Source of the DNA: Microthyrium microscopicum
Taxonomy: Eukaryota
Length of the DNA: 64,000 nt
Assembly: GCA_010405405.1 (NCBI GenBank)
Contig: MU004243.1
Span: 119,340 to 183,339 of the forward strand
Direction of reading: 5' to 3'
The notes under the pieces were generated by a model. It had not been told where the DNA came from. It searched no databases and was given only the letters and a program-made list of their open reading frames with translations. Both the position numbers and the translations under genes were made by a program. Of this stretch, positions 1-12,152 are shown one piece after another (position 1 is the stretch's first letter; every line of letters starts with the position of its first letter).

Positions 1-480
1 TATAATCTATATATATTATATATTATAATCTATATAATAATATTATATCTTTAAATTAGCTAATCTAGTTATAAATATTACTAAATATAATTATAAGCTT
101 ATTTTATTATTATATAATATTATTATATTTTATTTTATTAGCTTTATAAGTAATAATAAGATATTATAAGCTAATATTAGCTTCTATATAGTTATATAAT
201 AATATAATAAGTTATATTATAGTTTTAAAACTACTTAAATACTTAATAATACTTAATTAATAATATAATATTAAATTTAATATAATATTTATATTTATTA
301 TATTATTAACTTTATATTTAATATATATTAAGTTATAATTAGCTTATTATTATTATTATATACTAATTAATACCTTAATAAGCTATTTATTAATACTTAA
401 ATAGTATTAATTAGTTTTTAAAACTACTTTTTAATAAAATATAATATATTTTTATTAAAGATTATTTAAGCTTAGAAATA
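1..480. repeat. Extremely AT-rich, TpA-rich block; probable heavily RIP-mutated repeat/transposon relic
   Basis: Almost only A/T with pervasive TA/TAA/TAG, very few C/G and no ORF. Abrupt change to mixed composition at about 481. This is the typical appearance of RIP-degraded repeats in ascomycetes. Confidence 0.8.
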
Positions 481-3190
481 CTTTCGGACGCAATAAAAGT
501 AATATTAAGATTACGTACGTGTAATATGTTTATCCCAACAGCTTCCCTTTTTACAAATAGCCTTATTACATAAAGAACAACAAAACTGCGTCCGATTTGG
601 CCTAAGTTTATTAGGCGGCCGAATCTCACCTAGAATCTGTCTAGGCTTATTACCTTGATTTAAGGCTAAACAGATCTGACAGTTCTGAGCATTAGTTCGT
701 TTAGCATGAACTAATACTGCGTCCGAGCAAGAACGAGTAGAAGAAGGAATTAGAGATTCAATAAGCGGCCGCCTTCGAATTCCCTTATATTCTTTTCGAT
801 CAGCTTTCTTGTCGTAACGGTTTATAAGATCCAGAGCTAGTATTCGTCGAAAGTCGCTATGAGCCTTTCCATGGCGAGAAGCATTCCAGAACGGCGTACG
901 CTTATTCTGATCTGAATTAAGAGCAATCTGCCACATATTGATCAAAGAGGTAAAAAAGAGGTATTCCCATAGCGGCCGCCATGTCTTGTAGGTTCGACGC
1001 CAATGGTGGACGTTAACACGAAGTTGATCAGCTCAATCAACGCCGTTCATAAAGAAATTGTACTTGTCAACAACTTGAGGAATATCAACTAGTTTGGTCT
1101 TTTGGTCTCCAAATGTACTTCGGACGAAGGCATCTTTAGGCCAGCAAGATGGACGTTTTCGTCGTCTCTCAATCAAAGCATTCCCGTGGACGCAGTTTGT
1201 CATAAATAAGACAACCTGAGCATCTCGCCAAGCAATCTGTAGAACAGCTTCATCAGGATTATCGCCGTACGCCATGTGATAATAGATTTTATGACAAGGT
1301 AGCTTCTTCCCCCATTTGGTTCTGATTTCAACAAGGGTAGGATGCATTCCAAAGCCTTTTTCTTTTGCGTACGGAGTGGTTTTTAGCTTCCGAAGCTGCT
1401 TGGCTTTGTCTGCAGCTTTGGTAGACTTTGGTTTCGAGGCGGACGCAGTTGATCTTTGCTTGGATTTCCTTTTAGACGAGGTAGTAGAGAGAGATTGAGA
1501 TAGATCAACTTCTGGTTCGAAAAGGGGAGCAATGGATTGTGAGGCGGCCGAAGAACTAGCCAGTGTTGATCTTTGTCTTTTAAAAGAACTAGATTGAGCC
1601 TGAGTAGCTTGTTTTCGCTTAGTTGTTGGCCTGCTAAAAGATAAGTAAAGATATAAAGATAGATAGAGAGACGTACGGAGTTGTTTGTTGAGGATCAGGT
1701 CTACTGATTTCAAGTAGAAAAGGATCTATAAGAAGATCTGAAGAAGCGGCCGAAGCTTCCTGTTGATCTAGATCTGTAGATTCGATGTGAAGTGTACTTA
1801 GATCTAAAGGAAGCTGTAGAGCTGCGGCCGCAACAATTTGGCTTTGGGCAAGAGTAGCATCTTCTTCCTCTTGATCTTGTTCGTCTTGATCTTGTTCGTC
1901 AACCCAATCTGCTGCGTCCGAGGCTTCACCCTCTTCGTTAAGGTAATCCTCTGCGTCCGGAGCTTCTTCAATAACTCTGCCTTTCTTTTTTGATAGGCGT
2001 TTGTCTTCGTTGAGCTCTCGCTCTGTTTGAGAAGTCCTTACTGTTCCTGAACAGCCAATACCCTGCGTCCGAAACCAACGACATTGTGGCCCATTGGTAA
2101 AGAGGTTATCAAGCCAAACAGCATGTCCTTTACCCTGATTTGGGAGTCGGACGACGAGTTCTGTTACAACAGATTGTGTAGCATTAAATCCAAGCTCTTG
2201 CCAGCGTGGATCTAGCCCTTGAGGCCCCTGGTTCTTCTTCTCTCCTTTGGCGTGAAATAAGAAGTCATAGACATAGCCTGCGTCCGCAAGTACCCAAAGC
2301 TTGAATCCAATAGGTGTTGGTTTCGTAGGAATGTTGATAATCTCAGGCGTCCGACCAGTAAAGCCAACAATAGCTTCGTCCACAGAGACATTGGTTCCAG
2401 GCCGCCAATAAACATGCCAAATTGCTTTGAGAGTATCAGCAAGGTGAGATATTTTATCAATCGGACGCATATGTTGTCCATTATTGCTTTGGTAAGGAAT
2501 CCAGATGTGAAAGTAGCGATTGATTTGGTGCCATCGAAAACAGCTCATTGCTTCTCGGACGCAGGTATGTTCTGGGCTACCACGCTTTTGGATCCAGTAA
2601 TTACAAGTTTGTCTCTCCTGGTAGATACTCATATAGAGATAAATGCCAAGATAGCAATATATTGCGGCCGCATCAACGGCATGCCACGGACGCTGTGAAG
2701 CTGGATTTGGGAATCGGCCGCGACATCTAGTTTGAGAACTATTGGTAAATCTTTGACGTCGAATTGTTGCTGCATTGGTATTTGTACATCGGACGAGGTA
2801 TAAAATAAGGCTTTCAGGAAAGAACAGGTCAAATAAGTGAATTGGTGTAAAAGGATTAGATCCTCCTAAGTTCTGAGGGCCTCCTTCTTGATCTTCAATG
2901 TAGAGAGGCGTAAATGGAGGATATTCTTCAAATTTACTAAAATCAGGAGCAGGCTGAGTCGTACGCTTCATTTGGGAGGGTTTAACAAAATCATGATCAT
3001 TTCCTCTTGTGTTATCAAAGGATCTTTGAGACATAATAGCTAAATAGAAGGTTGTTGAGGCGGACGCAGTGTAAAACTATCTCATCATCATTGTTTTGAC
3101 TCCTGAAGCTACGAGGCTGTGCACAGACATTATAAGTATTTGATAGACACCTAAGGTTTGCCTAGGTTGATTAGGCGTACGCCACTCTGC
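481..3190 (-). mobile_element. piggyBac-like DNA transposon (boundaries approximate, TIR/TTAA TSD not identified)
   Basis: Contains a DDE_Tnp_1_7-type transposase. The CGGACGCA/CGTACG/CGGCCG motif signature runs from 485 to about 3183 and was not noticed beyond it. Confidence 0.8.
511..3034 (-). pseudogene. piggyBac transposase with one intron (1634/1631-1676) and a single premature TGA (1033-1035)
   Basis: Motifs VSVDEAIVGFTGR, IPTKPTPIGFKLW, VWLDNLFT, YNFFMNGVD*ADQLR, WRPLWEYL and a C-terminal Cys-rich domain (CQIC...CSLC...IC...C). A GTACGT...TTTTAG/CAG intron joins ORF 1634-3034 in frame to ORF 1033-1713. Reading continues in frame past the TGA into ORF 511-945. Confidence 0.85.
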
Positions 3191-4098
3191 ATAGGCCACA
3201 AGGCAGCGGGGATCGAATTCTAACCGCCGAGGGGATACACACTCTTTTCACTGGCTCAACAATCCCTTACCTGCATATACCCCAGATAATTCCCTATTTT
3301 TCTTCATCACTTGTCTTGCCCCGCTGCATAACCAGGCCAACAGATTGATATCACCAGCATCTAGTCCCGGTAAGACACCTGGGAGTCTGAGAGCCGGACC
3401 TGGTACGCGCTCCCATCCATTGAACCATCCAGACCCAAAACATGACCCGTCAATGTCGCTATTTTGTTTACAGCATTCACAGGTACCAGACGGTCCTTGA
3501 CGCTTGTGCCTAACGAGTGCCCAGCAGTACCAGTACAGCTTGAACCCGCCGTGCCGGCCAGGAAAATAACTTCAGATTGTCGAAACAGCCGCAGTACCGC
3601 ATTAAAGATTGCATCTCTCTCCGTCGGTTGGTCCACAGCCGACTGGACTGGAAACTGTGGCAATCTTCATGCTTGGCGAATACTTGTTTGAACCTTTGAA
3701 TCCAGTGGCAGATATCTCTTAGGCATCTGTGGCAAACAATCACGGTACTCCTTCGAATCATGCTACTTGGCATTGAAAAAGATACTTGTGATTTCAAGCT
3801 GCAAAACATATTTTGCTTCTGATGTTTTTGTCAGTGGGTATCGGTAGCTATACGATCTGCTCATACTCTCTACAGACTTCAGCAAGATGAGATCCATCTG
3901 TAAACAGGCCTGCGAGGATGAAACACGAGATGTAAAGAACATTTGGCCTGATATATACTGAGCTATTCATTACACTAGGTAGGTACCTGACACTTGGAAT
4001 TCATTATCAACTTTGAATTTACCGCTCACTAAATAACTCCTCCAGCCTAGCTACTAACCCCAAGTGATCAATTATTGCTTGAATATCAATTTTCCAGT

Positions 4099-6445
4099 CT
4101 ACTTCTTGGGTCTACTAGCTTGAACAGTGGCGATGATCTTCTCAACTACACTTGGATCCGAAAGCTACCCTCACCATTAGCAAAGGTCCCCTCAAAAGTC
4201 GAAGCAAGGATATGAATAACTTACAGTTGAGATATCACCAAGCTGATCCTCTTCACCAGCCAAAATCTTCCGCAGAATACGTCTCATGATCTTGCCAGAT
4301 CGAGTCTTTGGCAAGTCATCAACAGTAAAGATGGCCTTTGGTGCAGCGAATGGACCGATTGACCGACGGACTTGGAGGATCAAGTCCTTCTTGATTTGGT
4401 CGCCGTGCTCATTACCTTCCTTGAGGGCGACGAATGCGTTTACGGCTTGGCCGGTGAGTTCGTCGTGGACGCCGACTACGGCTGCTTCGGCTACGGATGC
4501 TGGATATTTTGTTAGGTCTTTTGGTAGATTTGTTGGAAGTGGAGTACATACGGTGCTCAATCAGCGCAGCCTCGATTTCAGCAGTCGATAGACGATGGCC
4601 AGAAACGTTAACAACATCGTCAACACGGCCACGGATCCAGTAGTATCCTTCATGGTCACGGCCCGCACCGTCGCCAGTGAACTGTTACGCGTTAGTCACA
4701 TGGTCGGTGATCACGAAAGTCTTGGAACTTACGTAGTAACCTGGGTACACAGTCAAGTATGTCTCCATGTAACGCTTGTGTGCTCCCCAGACGGTTCTGG
4801 CCATGCTTGGCCAAGGCTTCTTGAATGCGAGCACGCCCTCGACATCGTTGCCGGGGATTTCCTCGCCGGAGACTGGATCAATGATGGCTGGCTCAATACC
4901 GAAGAAGGGGAGAGATGCACTTCCTGGCTTGGTTGGTGTGACGCCTGCTAATGGAGTGATTACGTGCGATCCGGTTTCTGTTTGCCAGTAGGTCTTTTTG
5001 TGAAGGTTAGCATACTTTGGCTATTGACCGACCGAGGTACAACTTACATCGACGACATGGGCTATTTCTTTGCCAACGACACCATGGTACCACTTCCATA
5101 CTTCGGCAGCAATGGGCTCACCGACAGAGCCAAGGACACGAAGATGCTTCATTTCGTGCTTGACATGCTCGTCACCACCTCGCTTGAGTAATCTCAGCGC
5201 TGTTGGTGCGACGTAGAACTGAGTAACTTTGTGCTTCTCAACAACCTCCCAATATCTCGAAAAGTCGGGATATGTCGGTGTACCCTCGAACACCACTGTT
5301 GCTATACCCAAGAGTAGGGGGGCGTACACAACGTACGTGTGTCCAGTGATCCAACCAACATCACCACCACAGAAATATGTATCACCATCGTGGATATCAA
5401 AGACATATTTTCCAGTAGCTGCTGCTCCAAGAAGATATCCACCAGTAGTGTGCATAACACCCTTTGGCTTGCCAGTTGACCCAGAAGTATAGAGAAGGAA
5501 TAGGGGATCTTCCGAGTTCATGGGCTCAGGGGCAATGTATGAAGGATACTTCTCAACCTCCTCGTGCCACCAAAAGTCTCGGCCTTGCGTCCATGGAACG
5601 TCGCTGCCGGTGCGCTGGAACACGAGACAGTGAGATACATCTGGACACTGCTTCAAGGCATCGTCCACGATGCTCTTTGTCTTTATCGTCTTGCCTCCAC
5701 GGCTACCGTAGTCAGCTGTAATGACCACTTTTGACTTTGCATCGATAATTCTGTCTCTTAGCGAGTCCGCCGAGAAGCCAGCAAACACGACCGAATGGAC
5801 AGCGCCGATTCTAGCACAGGCAAGGAAAGCGAAGAGAGCTTGCGGAATCATGGGTAGATAGAGCGCGACAGTGTCGCCCTTTTTCACGCCGAATTGCTTG
5901 AGTGTGTAGGCGAGTTTGGAGACTTCGCGGAGGAGTTCGCCATAGGATATATTGCGGCCAGCATTGGGCTCGTCAGCCTCGTAGATGATGGCGGTCTTGT
6001 TGGGATCTTTGAAAGCATGACGATCGATGCAGTTGTAAGAGGCATTTAGCTGGCCTTCAAGAAACCAGGCTGTGTCGCCGTGCTCGAAGCTGCCGCTGCT
6101 GACAGTTTGAAAGTCGCGTTGCCAGGTGAGAAGCTCGCGCGCTAGCTTGCCCCAGAACTTGTCGGGTTCCGTTATGGATTCTTTGTAGAGTTGTTGGTAT
6201 TCTTCTAGGCCCGAGAGATGGGGCTTTGACGGATGCTTTTCGTGGTACGCTTTGGGGACTAGGGAAAACCATTAGACATGGGGCTCTCATTGTGGATACA
6301 TGGTGATTTCCTTTTCTTCTTCGGAAGTTGTTATGCAAGCTCGGAATCTGGGGTAAATGTGCGGAAGAGACATACCGGAGAAAGTATCGACCTCGTGTGC
6401 CTCTGCGACCACTGGCGCCTTTGGTTGAACGTCTCCTTCAGACAT
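4099..6445 (-). CDS. facA: Acetyl-CoA synthetase (AMP-forming), multi-exon
   Basis: Start [22 protein letters not shown] at 6445. Motifs [39 protein letters not shown]. Ends [21 protein letters not shown] at 4099. Several canonical introns (e.g. 6259-6375). Confidence 0.96.
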
Positions 6446-6995
6446 GTTCGCGTTCTTGTTCGTTTCTCCAAGTTTTCGATGTAAAGGATCCTTTCAGGTT
6501 CCGAAATTGGAATTCTCCCCAAGCTTGCGGTTCGACAATTGCGTCAGGTGGGAGTGCGGGGTTCAAGTATAAGGTCTTGGTTAAGAGGCGTTTGATCTGC
6601 TTCCTATTACGTGAAGAGCTGCGGCTCAGCAAAAGCAATGTAATGGGTTCAGACACCGAGCAGTCACCGAAGACAGTAGCTTTCTGGGGGGTATATATGT
6701 ACGAACTTGCAATCGCGCGGGAAAGAGGACTGATCACATGGGCAATTAGAATCAGGGGGATGTTGGCTTCTTATACACAAGGCTGGTGGTCGGTTAAAGG
6801 GTAGAGTGGTTCATAACGGACGGCCGGGACAAGCGACCTTTTTTAAAGCTTCACGCCATGGGAACTTTACCGTTGCTCATTCACCCATCACACCACAAGA
6901 CGAACAGACATGGACCGCATCTCTCCGCGATTAATCTTTGAGCCCTCGCATTGGTGCAATCTACTTTTGTCCAATTGATATTCTCGGCTGTGGGG
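6348..6995. promoter_or_regulatory. Cluster of CreA/Cre1 consensus sites (SYGGRG) in the acetyl-CoA synthetase promoter and first intron
   Basis: CTGGGG 6348, GCGGGG 6556, CTGGGG 6684, CTCCGC 6923, GTGGGG 6990. Acetyl-CoA synthetase is a classic carbon-catabolite-repressed gene. Confidence 0.45.
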
Positions 6996-8368
6996 CCTGG
7001 GTCCGAAAATTGATATACAACCCCCTGGTTGTGTCAAGGGACCTACTATGCAACCTTATTGTTGCTTGGAACTCATCTCTGCTTTTCACGCAAGCCGTAT
7101 TTGGCACTCACTGTACTACCCAGAGAAAGCATGCCAAGTGAATTGGGATATTGAAGCTTAGAGTCATTGGTTAATCCCATCAATGGAGCTAGAACCAGCA
7201 TATCACAGTCTAGTCTGCCAATGGCTATTGCATGATACCTATGTATTCAAAGACGCATGTAGGTCTTGAATAGGCCCCGTGGGAAATCTGTTTGTACTGG
7301 TACACGGTTTGGACCCATTTAGAGTTGAAGATGGCTGGGTGTTTCAGTTACCAGTATAGTTACCACGCCGCAATGGTCAAGCCGCCTCTGCATTGCATGT
7401 TGATGTAGTAGTGTGAATGGGGCCAAGCAGATACTTTGTCGCTCATGTTCCCATTGCGGAACTTCCAGTTGTCCGAGATCTTGATGGCAACACGAGCAAT
7501 ATTGTATCACGACCTACGGGCTACAGCTGCTGCTACCCGCTTTCCAGTCTTGATTGAACATGACCCCTCCAACACCTTTCCTCTTTGAGTGCGGGGCTTG
7601 GACAATTCCCCGCCATTTCAACAAGCGCGTCGCGTGGACACGAGATTCAACCATTGGCAAGTCGTGACGAGACAATTATATTTCTCATCATCGCCACGAT
7701 TTCGCAGAATAGAGAAATTCTCAGCTTGTGAAATGCCATGGCCTAACAAGCAAGCCTGACTGCGCCGCCCCCAAGACATTCTAATATCTGGCAGCGCGTA
7801 TCCGGCCACCCGGGTCATCTCGCGTTCCAGTACCAGACTGCGAAATGATCCAGAACCGCCGGCCTTGCATACGGACCCTTTTTCGCAGAACGAATATGAG
7901 GGTAGCCGACTGATACCCGCCAGGCTCCGCAAGAATTGAATCATGCAAACTTCGGTCCAACGGGAAGACTTTCTAGGTTTAGTCTCGGCAGTACCCGACG
8001 CAAGGCTGGGAGGAATCTGCTTTCATTGGCTCCCGCACTGGACCATGAGGCTTTTAAAAGAGGCTCTATGGTCTCCCAGGAGTTAGTTCCTGGAAAGAGA
8101 TCGGAGGCTAGGGAATAGATAGTACGTGAATAAATAAGATGGTCACCTTTTTTTCCATGAATATGGAGTTTGATTGGAGTCTCGATTTAGACATACACTT
8201 ATCACATATCTCATACTGCGTTGTTCCTGAAGAGTGTGGTTGGGCAAGCTAATTTTTGGAAACAATTGTGACTGCATATTTGTTTTGCGCTGTAGCGTTT
8301 TCGAAAAATCATATCAAATAAGGGTTTCTCGCGTGGTGCCCCGCCATACCTGTATTTCTGCTCTGATA

Positions 8369-8779
8369 TTAGTTATGGCCTTCATGGACGCCGGAGCCGC
8401 CTGTAACGCCATTATCGATAATGCACATCCTCCCATTGCCGTTGTTGATGGATACACATTTCGTTCTGGCACACATCGTGTTAGCCTTTCTCTTTTCGGC
8501 GACAGACTTGACCAGTCAGCGGGAAGTAGATAGATGCTGCATAACTGGGCGGGTTGGGACACACCCTTGAGCGTTTGGTGTTGCTTGAGCGAGAGCTGAG
8601 CTGAGCGATGGCCAGGAATCTTCACTTTCTGGGATAGACTTGTTTCTGGGAATCGTGTTTGTCTTGGCTATGGGTGTTGTGATTGTTGGTGTCTTGGGGA
8701 CAGATGGTGACAATGCTACTGGTGACTGAGGGAGGGCAACCACGCAACTGATGAGGGTAGGGATGATGATGAAGTGCAT
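8369..8779 (-). CDS. Small secreted protein (~103 aa), S/T/P-rich stalk plus C-terminal two-Cys motif
   Basis: Signal-peptide-like MHFIIIPTLISCVVALPQ. A predicted phase-2 intron at 8466-8564 (GTGTGT...GCTAAC...CAG) gives the C-terminus TKCVSINNGNGRMCIIDNGVTGGSGVHEGHN*. Confidence 0.6.
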
Positions 8780-9418
8780 TTCGAGTAGAAGGTTTTAGTG
8801 CATGTTGCGTTGAACGAGGTTTTAGTGACTTTTGGGAGAGGATATGATGATAGGCGATCAACGGGACTTGGGACGCTTTACATGATAGCACGGTGAACGT
8901 GGAACTAGAAGGTTTATTAAAGCATGCCTAGTCGTTCAAATAAAAGCTTATGAAATGAAAGAAATACATACATACCTGCATCGTGTATGGTGTCAGAAAT
9001 ACATAGGGCTCCCACATATGAAGGATCACATCCACTAGATCGATCTTGTATGATAATGCGCCTCATGTCCGCGCTGAAAAACCTTATAGCTTGGAATAAG
9101 CTAATCAGAGCAGTACCTGACAGGACCAGCAATCTCACAGGTCGAAATAGCACAGGTTTAAAGGCATAAAATCAGCTTCATACAAAAGCTCATAGCAAGA
9201 GATGGAAGTTTATAGACTTGCCTATATCGTTAACATATCGTTCATGCAAGTTCAAACAGTCGGAAGTCTTTCGATTCAGGACAGTGTCGTACTCCGCGTT
9301 GCTTTGAGACGATGTTCGAATTCCATTACTACAACATAAAACTGGGGCATCACTGAATGGTTCCCCAGCCAACAGACTGTGATCCTTTGTGGCGCTTCTA
9401 CGGCTCCCTTTCCGCCCC

Positions 9419-9764
9419 TTAAGGATGCGCTGAAACCATCGGCGCTACTTGATTCGTACATATAGTGCCTCTAGTGTTGCCATTATCCCATGATTTGCAA
9501 GTTGGACTACGCCCAATTCTGTTAGCTGTGCTTGTTTCGACAACTCTGGTACACTTGGTATAGCAGTGTGGAATCGGTCTGTGTACATGCAACTTACGTA
9601 TTGGCTTTGGCCGTTCCATTGCTGGAACTAGAGCCATATGCTGTTGCAAAAGACCCGGAAGCTGTGGCTGTCGATGTCCTTGGGAGGGCAGCTGATGAAG
9701 CTACTGGCCTTTGGGGGAGGGCGAAAGTGAGGCTGGTGAAAATTGAGAGGATGAGGAAGCGCAT
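9419..9764 (-). CDS. Small secreted protein (~88 aa), probable paralog of the 8369-8779 gene
   Basis: MRFLILSIFTSLTFALPQRPVASS..., phase-2 intron 9519-9597 (GTAAGT...GCTAACAG), C-terminus TIGRSPTCKSWDNGNTRGTICTNQVAPMVSAHP*. Confidence 0.7.
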
Positions 9765-10667
9765 GGCGACCCTATGAGTTAGACTGGCGGAATAAGGTAT
9801 CTGATGTGGTCTGAAGTTTCAGAAAATGAGATATGGCTTGAAGTTGGAGGCAGGTATGAAGTTGACATTATATGACATTGACGTCGAACATGAGCTATGG
9901 GAGCTAGGGCGTCAGGGATATAAGATGCGAACAGATTCAAATCAATATCCAATATCAAGGAGGGCGCCCATTTGGCAGTATCGATCAACTATCAATTCTT
10001 GGGCAACCTTCCGAAGAAACCCAGGACTTGTAACTTGTGGATTCGAATCATGGTGGAGCTCGAGTAACAATATCTAGCAATTCAACTGACCAGTTAATAA
10101 TGCAGTCTCTCATTCTGGTTGAACAGGAGAAAAGCTCAGAGATAGAGCAAACTGGGTAGCATTCTTTGGTCTATCCTATTTGTAGGGCTCTGGTGTATGA
10201 CCGATCTTCTATGGTAAATCAATCGCTGAGACGAGTAGACCTCATTCTCTAAATATTGATGTTAGAATATGGAAGTTATATCATTCTGATCTCTAGTATC
10301 TTAGCAGGCTCAGGTTAAGATAGCATAAATATAAAAGCGCGCGAAGCTCTTTATATACCTAGGTTCTTGTATTTTGCCTTACGTAGACAAAAGCTGATAG
10401 TTATACTTGTATTATCATCGTACTCGCATACGTAATTCTCAAATAGCTCAGATATTGTTTAATCAGAGGTAATGTGTGTTTTGGTATGAGACACGCTGGT
10501 GAAAGCGTTCAATTTTTTGCTGTGAAGTATAACGATTGTCCGCAAGCATATTAAATAGCATTTCATGGCGTGAGTCAAACTTCTAACCTCGTATCTTGAA
10601 CAAGAGGGCATATCGAAGTATTTCATTCCTGTCGTACTTGGTCGATTCCCTTGTCCGTATTGCATGT

Positions 10668-11872
10668 TCACGAACTGCGCCGGAAGGCTTCGCCGAGGAC
10701 CTCTACCACCGAGTCATCAATATCAGCAACATCAGCAAAGGACTCAGGTAATAGCCTCATAGACAAGGCTAAGCGAGTAACAACATTGACAAGCTCTGTC
10801 TTGACAATATCCGCTTCTTTGCGTGCACAATGTCTATATATTGCGGATACAGTATCAAGAAAGACGTCCAGAGCCGATTTTGCATAATCAACGTCCCATT
10901 TTTGCTGATCATGAACAACGCCGATCAGTCCTTAAACTTTGTCCCTAGAATCTTGACATTACGCCCAAGAAGTTGCGCTGAGCGCCTTCAAAAGTGACAT
11001 AGTTGTTCTTTGTCAATTATAGCAGTCTTCATACCACATTTCGGTCCCACTGTTCCACTTTCGGACTTTCGGTTTGATCATCCATCCCAAGGAAGTCCCG
11101 CTGAGTAATGGCGATTGTCACGCAGCGCTGAAGATATTTTGCACCACGAACCGGTCTAGAAAAGTAGTTCCGTATAAGATCGCAATGTTGTCTGCAAGAA
11201 ACAGCTCCTGGAAAATCCAAAGTCGATTCCAGTATTCCATATTCATCCAGCTTAGGATAGCGTCTCTTGCAGTTTCTGTCAAAGACATTAATCCCGGAAT
11301 GATGATGAGCTTTGTGAACTGGATATCGGGTTGGGTTGGAGCCACCACCGAGCCAATATTTCAGGACATGCTGCGGGACTTCTTCGAAAGCATTTCCGCA
11401 AGTTCTGGAATCATTGCTCCTGATGGCCGCATAGACTCCAACGAGTGTCATGATTTCCATTTCATTTTCGCTCGCTACTCCTAGCCAAGCCCAGACATCC
11501 ATTGCGTTGCTGTATATGTCGGCCATAAGATGAACTTGATAATCTCGTTCCGTGACGTCGTCTTGGTTAATTGATATCTGGTCAATCCATAGCCATGTTG
11601 AGCGGTTGAGTTGGCCTGATAAGATGGCATTACGAAAAAACAAGTACAGGTTCTCCGGGACGGTAACAGTAGCGCCTTCGACAATAATATCATGCAGAGG
11701 CAAGGACTTACCCCAGGTGTAGGATAAAGCACTATAATACGGGCAACTGCTCATGCTGAAATGCTTCAGTATAAAGCGAATTGGCCCGTTCGCTTCAGGT
11801 AAATGTCGGAGCCGAATAAGTCGAAATTTCGTTATTGATGGTGCTCAGCGGGCGATACTGGTAATTTGCCAT
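10668..11872 (-). pseudogene. HET-domain (heterokaryon incompatibility, PF06985-like) gene with frameshifts; 3' end approximate
   Basis: MANYQYRPLS..NEI then a +1 shift to RLIRL...YSALSYTWG...WLWIDQISINQDDVTERDYQVHLMADIYSNA..VWAWLG. The YWNRLWIFQE motif lies in another frame (11118-11348) and is followed by stops. Confidence 0.8.
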
Positions 11873-12152
11873 CTCGGCCCGGATCCAATAGCCGCCCAAT
11901 ATTCTTCGGGAGCTGACGAAACCGAGTAGAGACACGACGTAGAAAACGAGAGAAGGATGGTATGGCCTACTAATGTAGTAGTTAACCGGCTGTGCAAGTC
12001 AGCCTGACGGAGTATGCAAGCTTGACAAGCGCTCATGCAGGCGCCCATACTGGCAGATGTAATTGTCGAAATGAAGGAGAATTATGGTATGTTGTATGTC
12101 AATTCAAATGCCTAAATAGAAATTAAATTTGCTCAATGCTCCGTCAGATCGT

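Noticed and set aside
3190..3260. Possible piggyBac terminal inverted repeat/TTAA target site
   Set aside because: No GGG-TTAA-type end or matching repeat at the other end could be identified; the left end is RIP-degraded or outside the window.
3361..3809. Short overlapping ORFs between the transposon and acetyl-CoA synthetase
   Set aside because: No recognisable motifs, non-ATG starts and no consistent splice model.
6938..8233. Several 60-108 aa ORFs upstream of acetyl-CoA synthetase
   Set aside because: No domain signal or coherent gene structure; likely chance ORFs.
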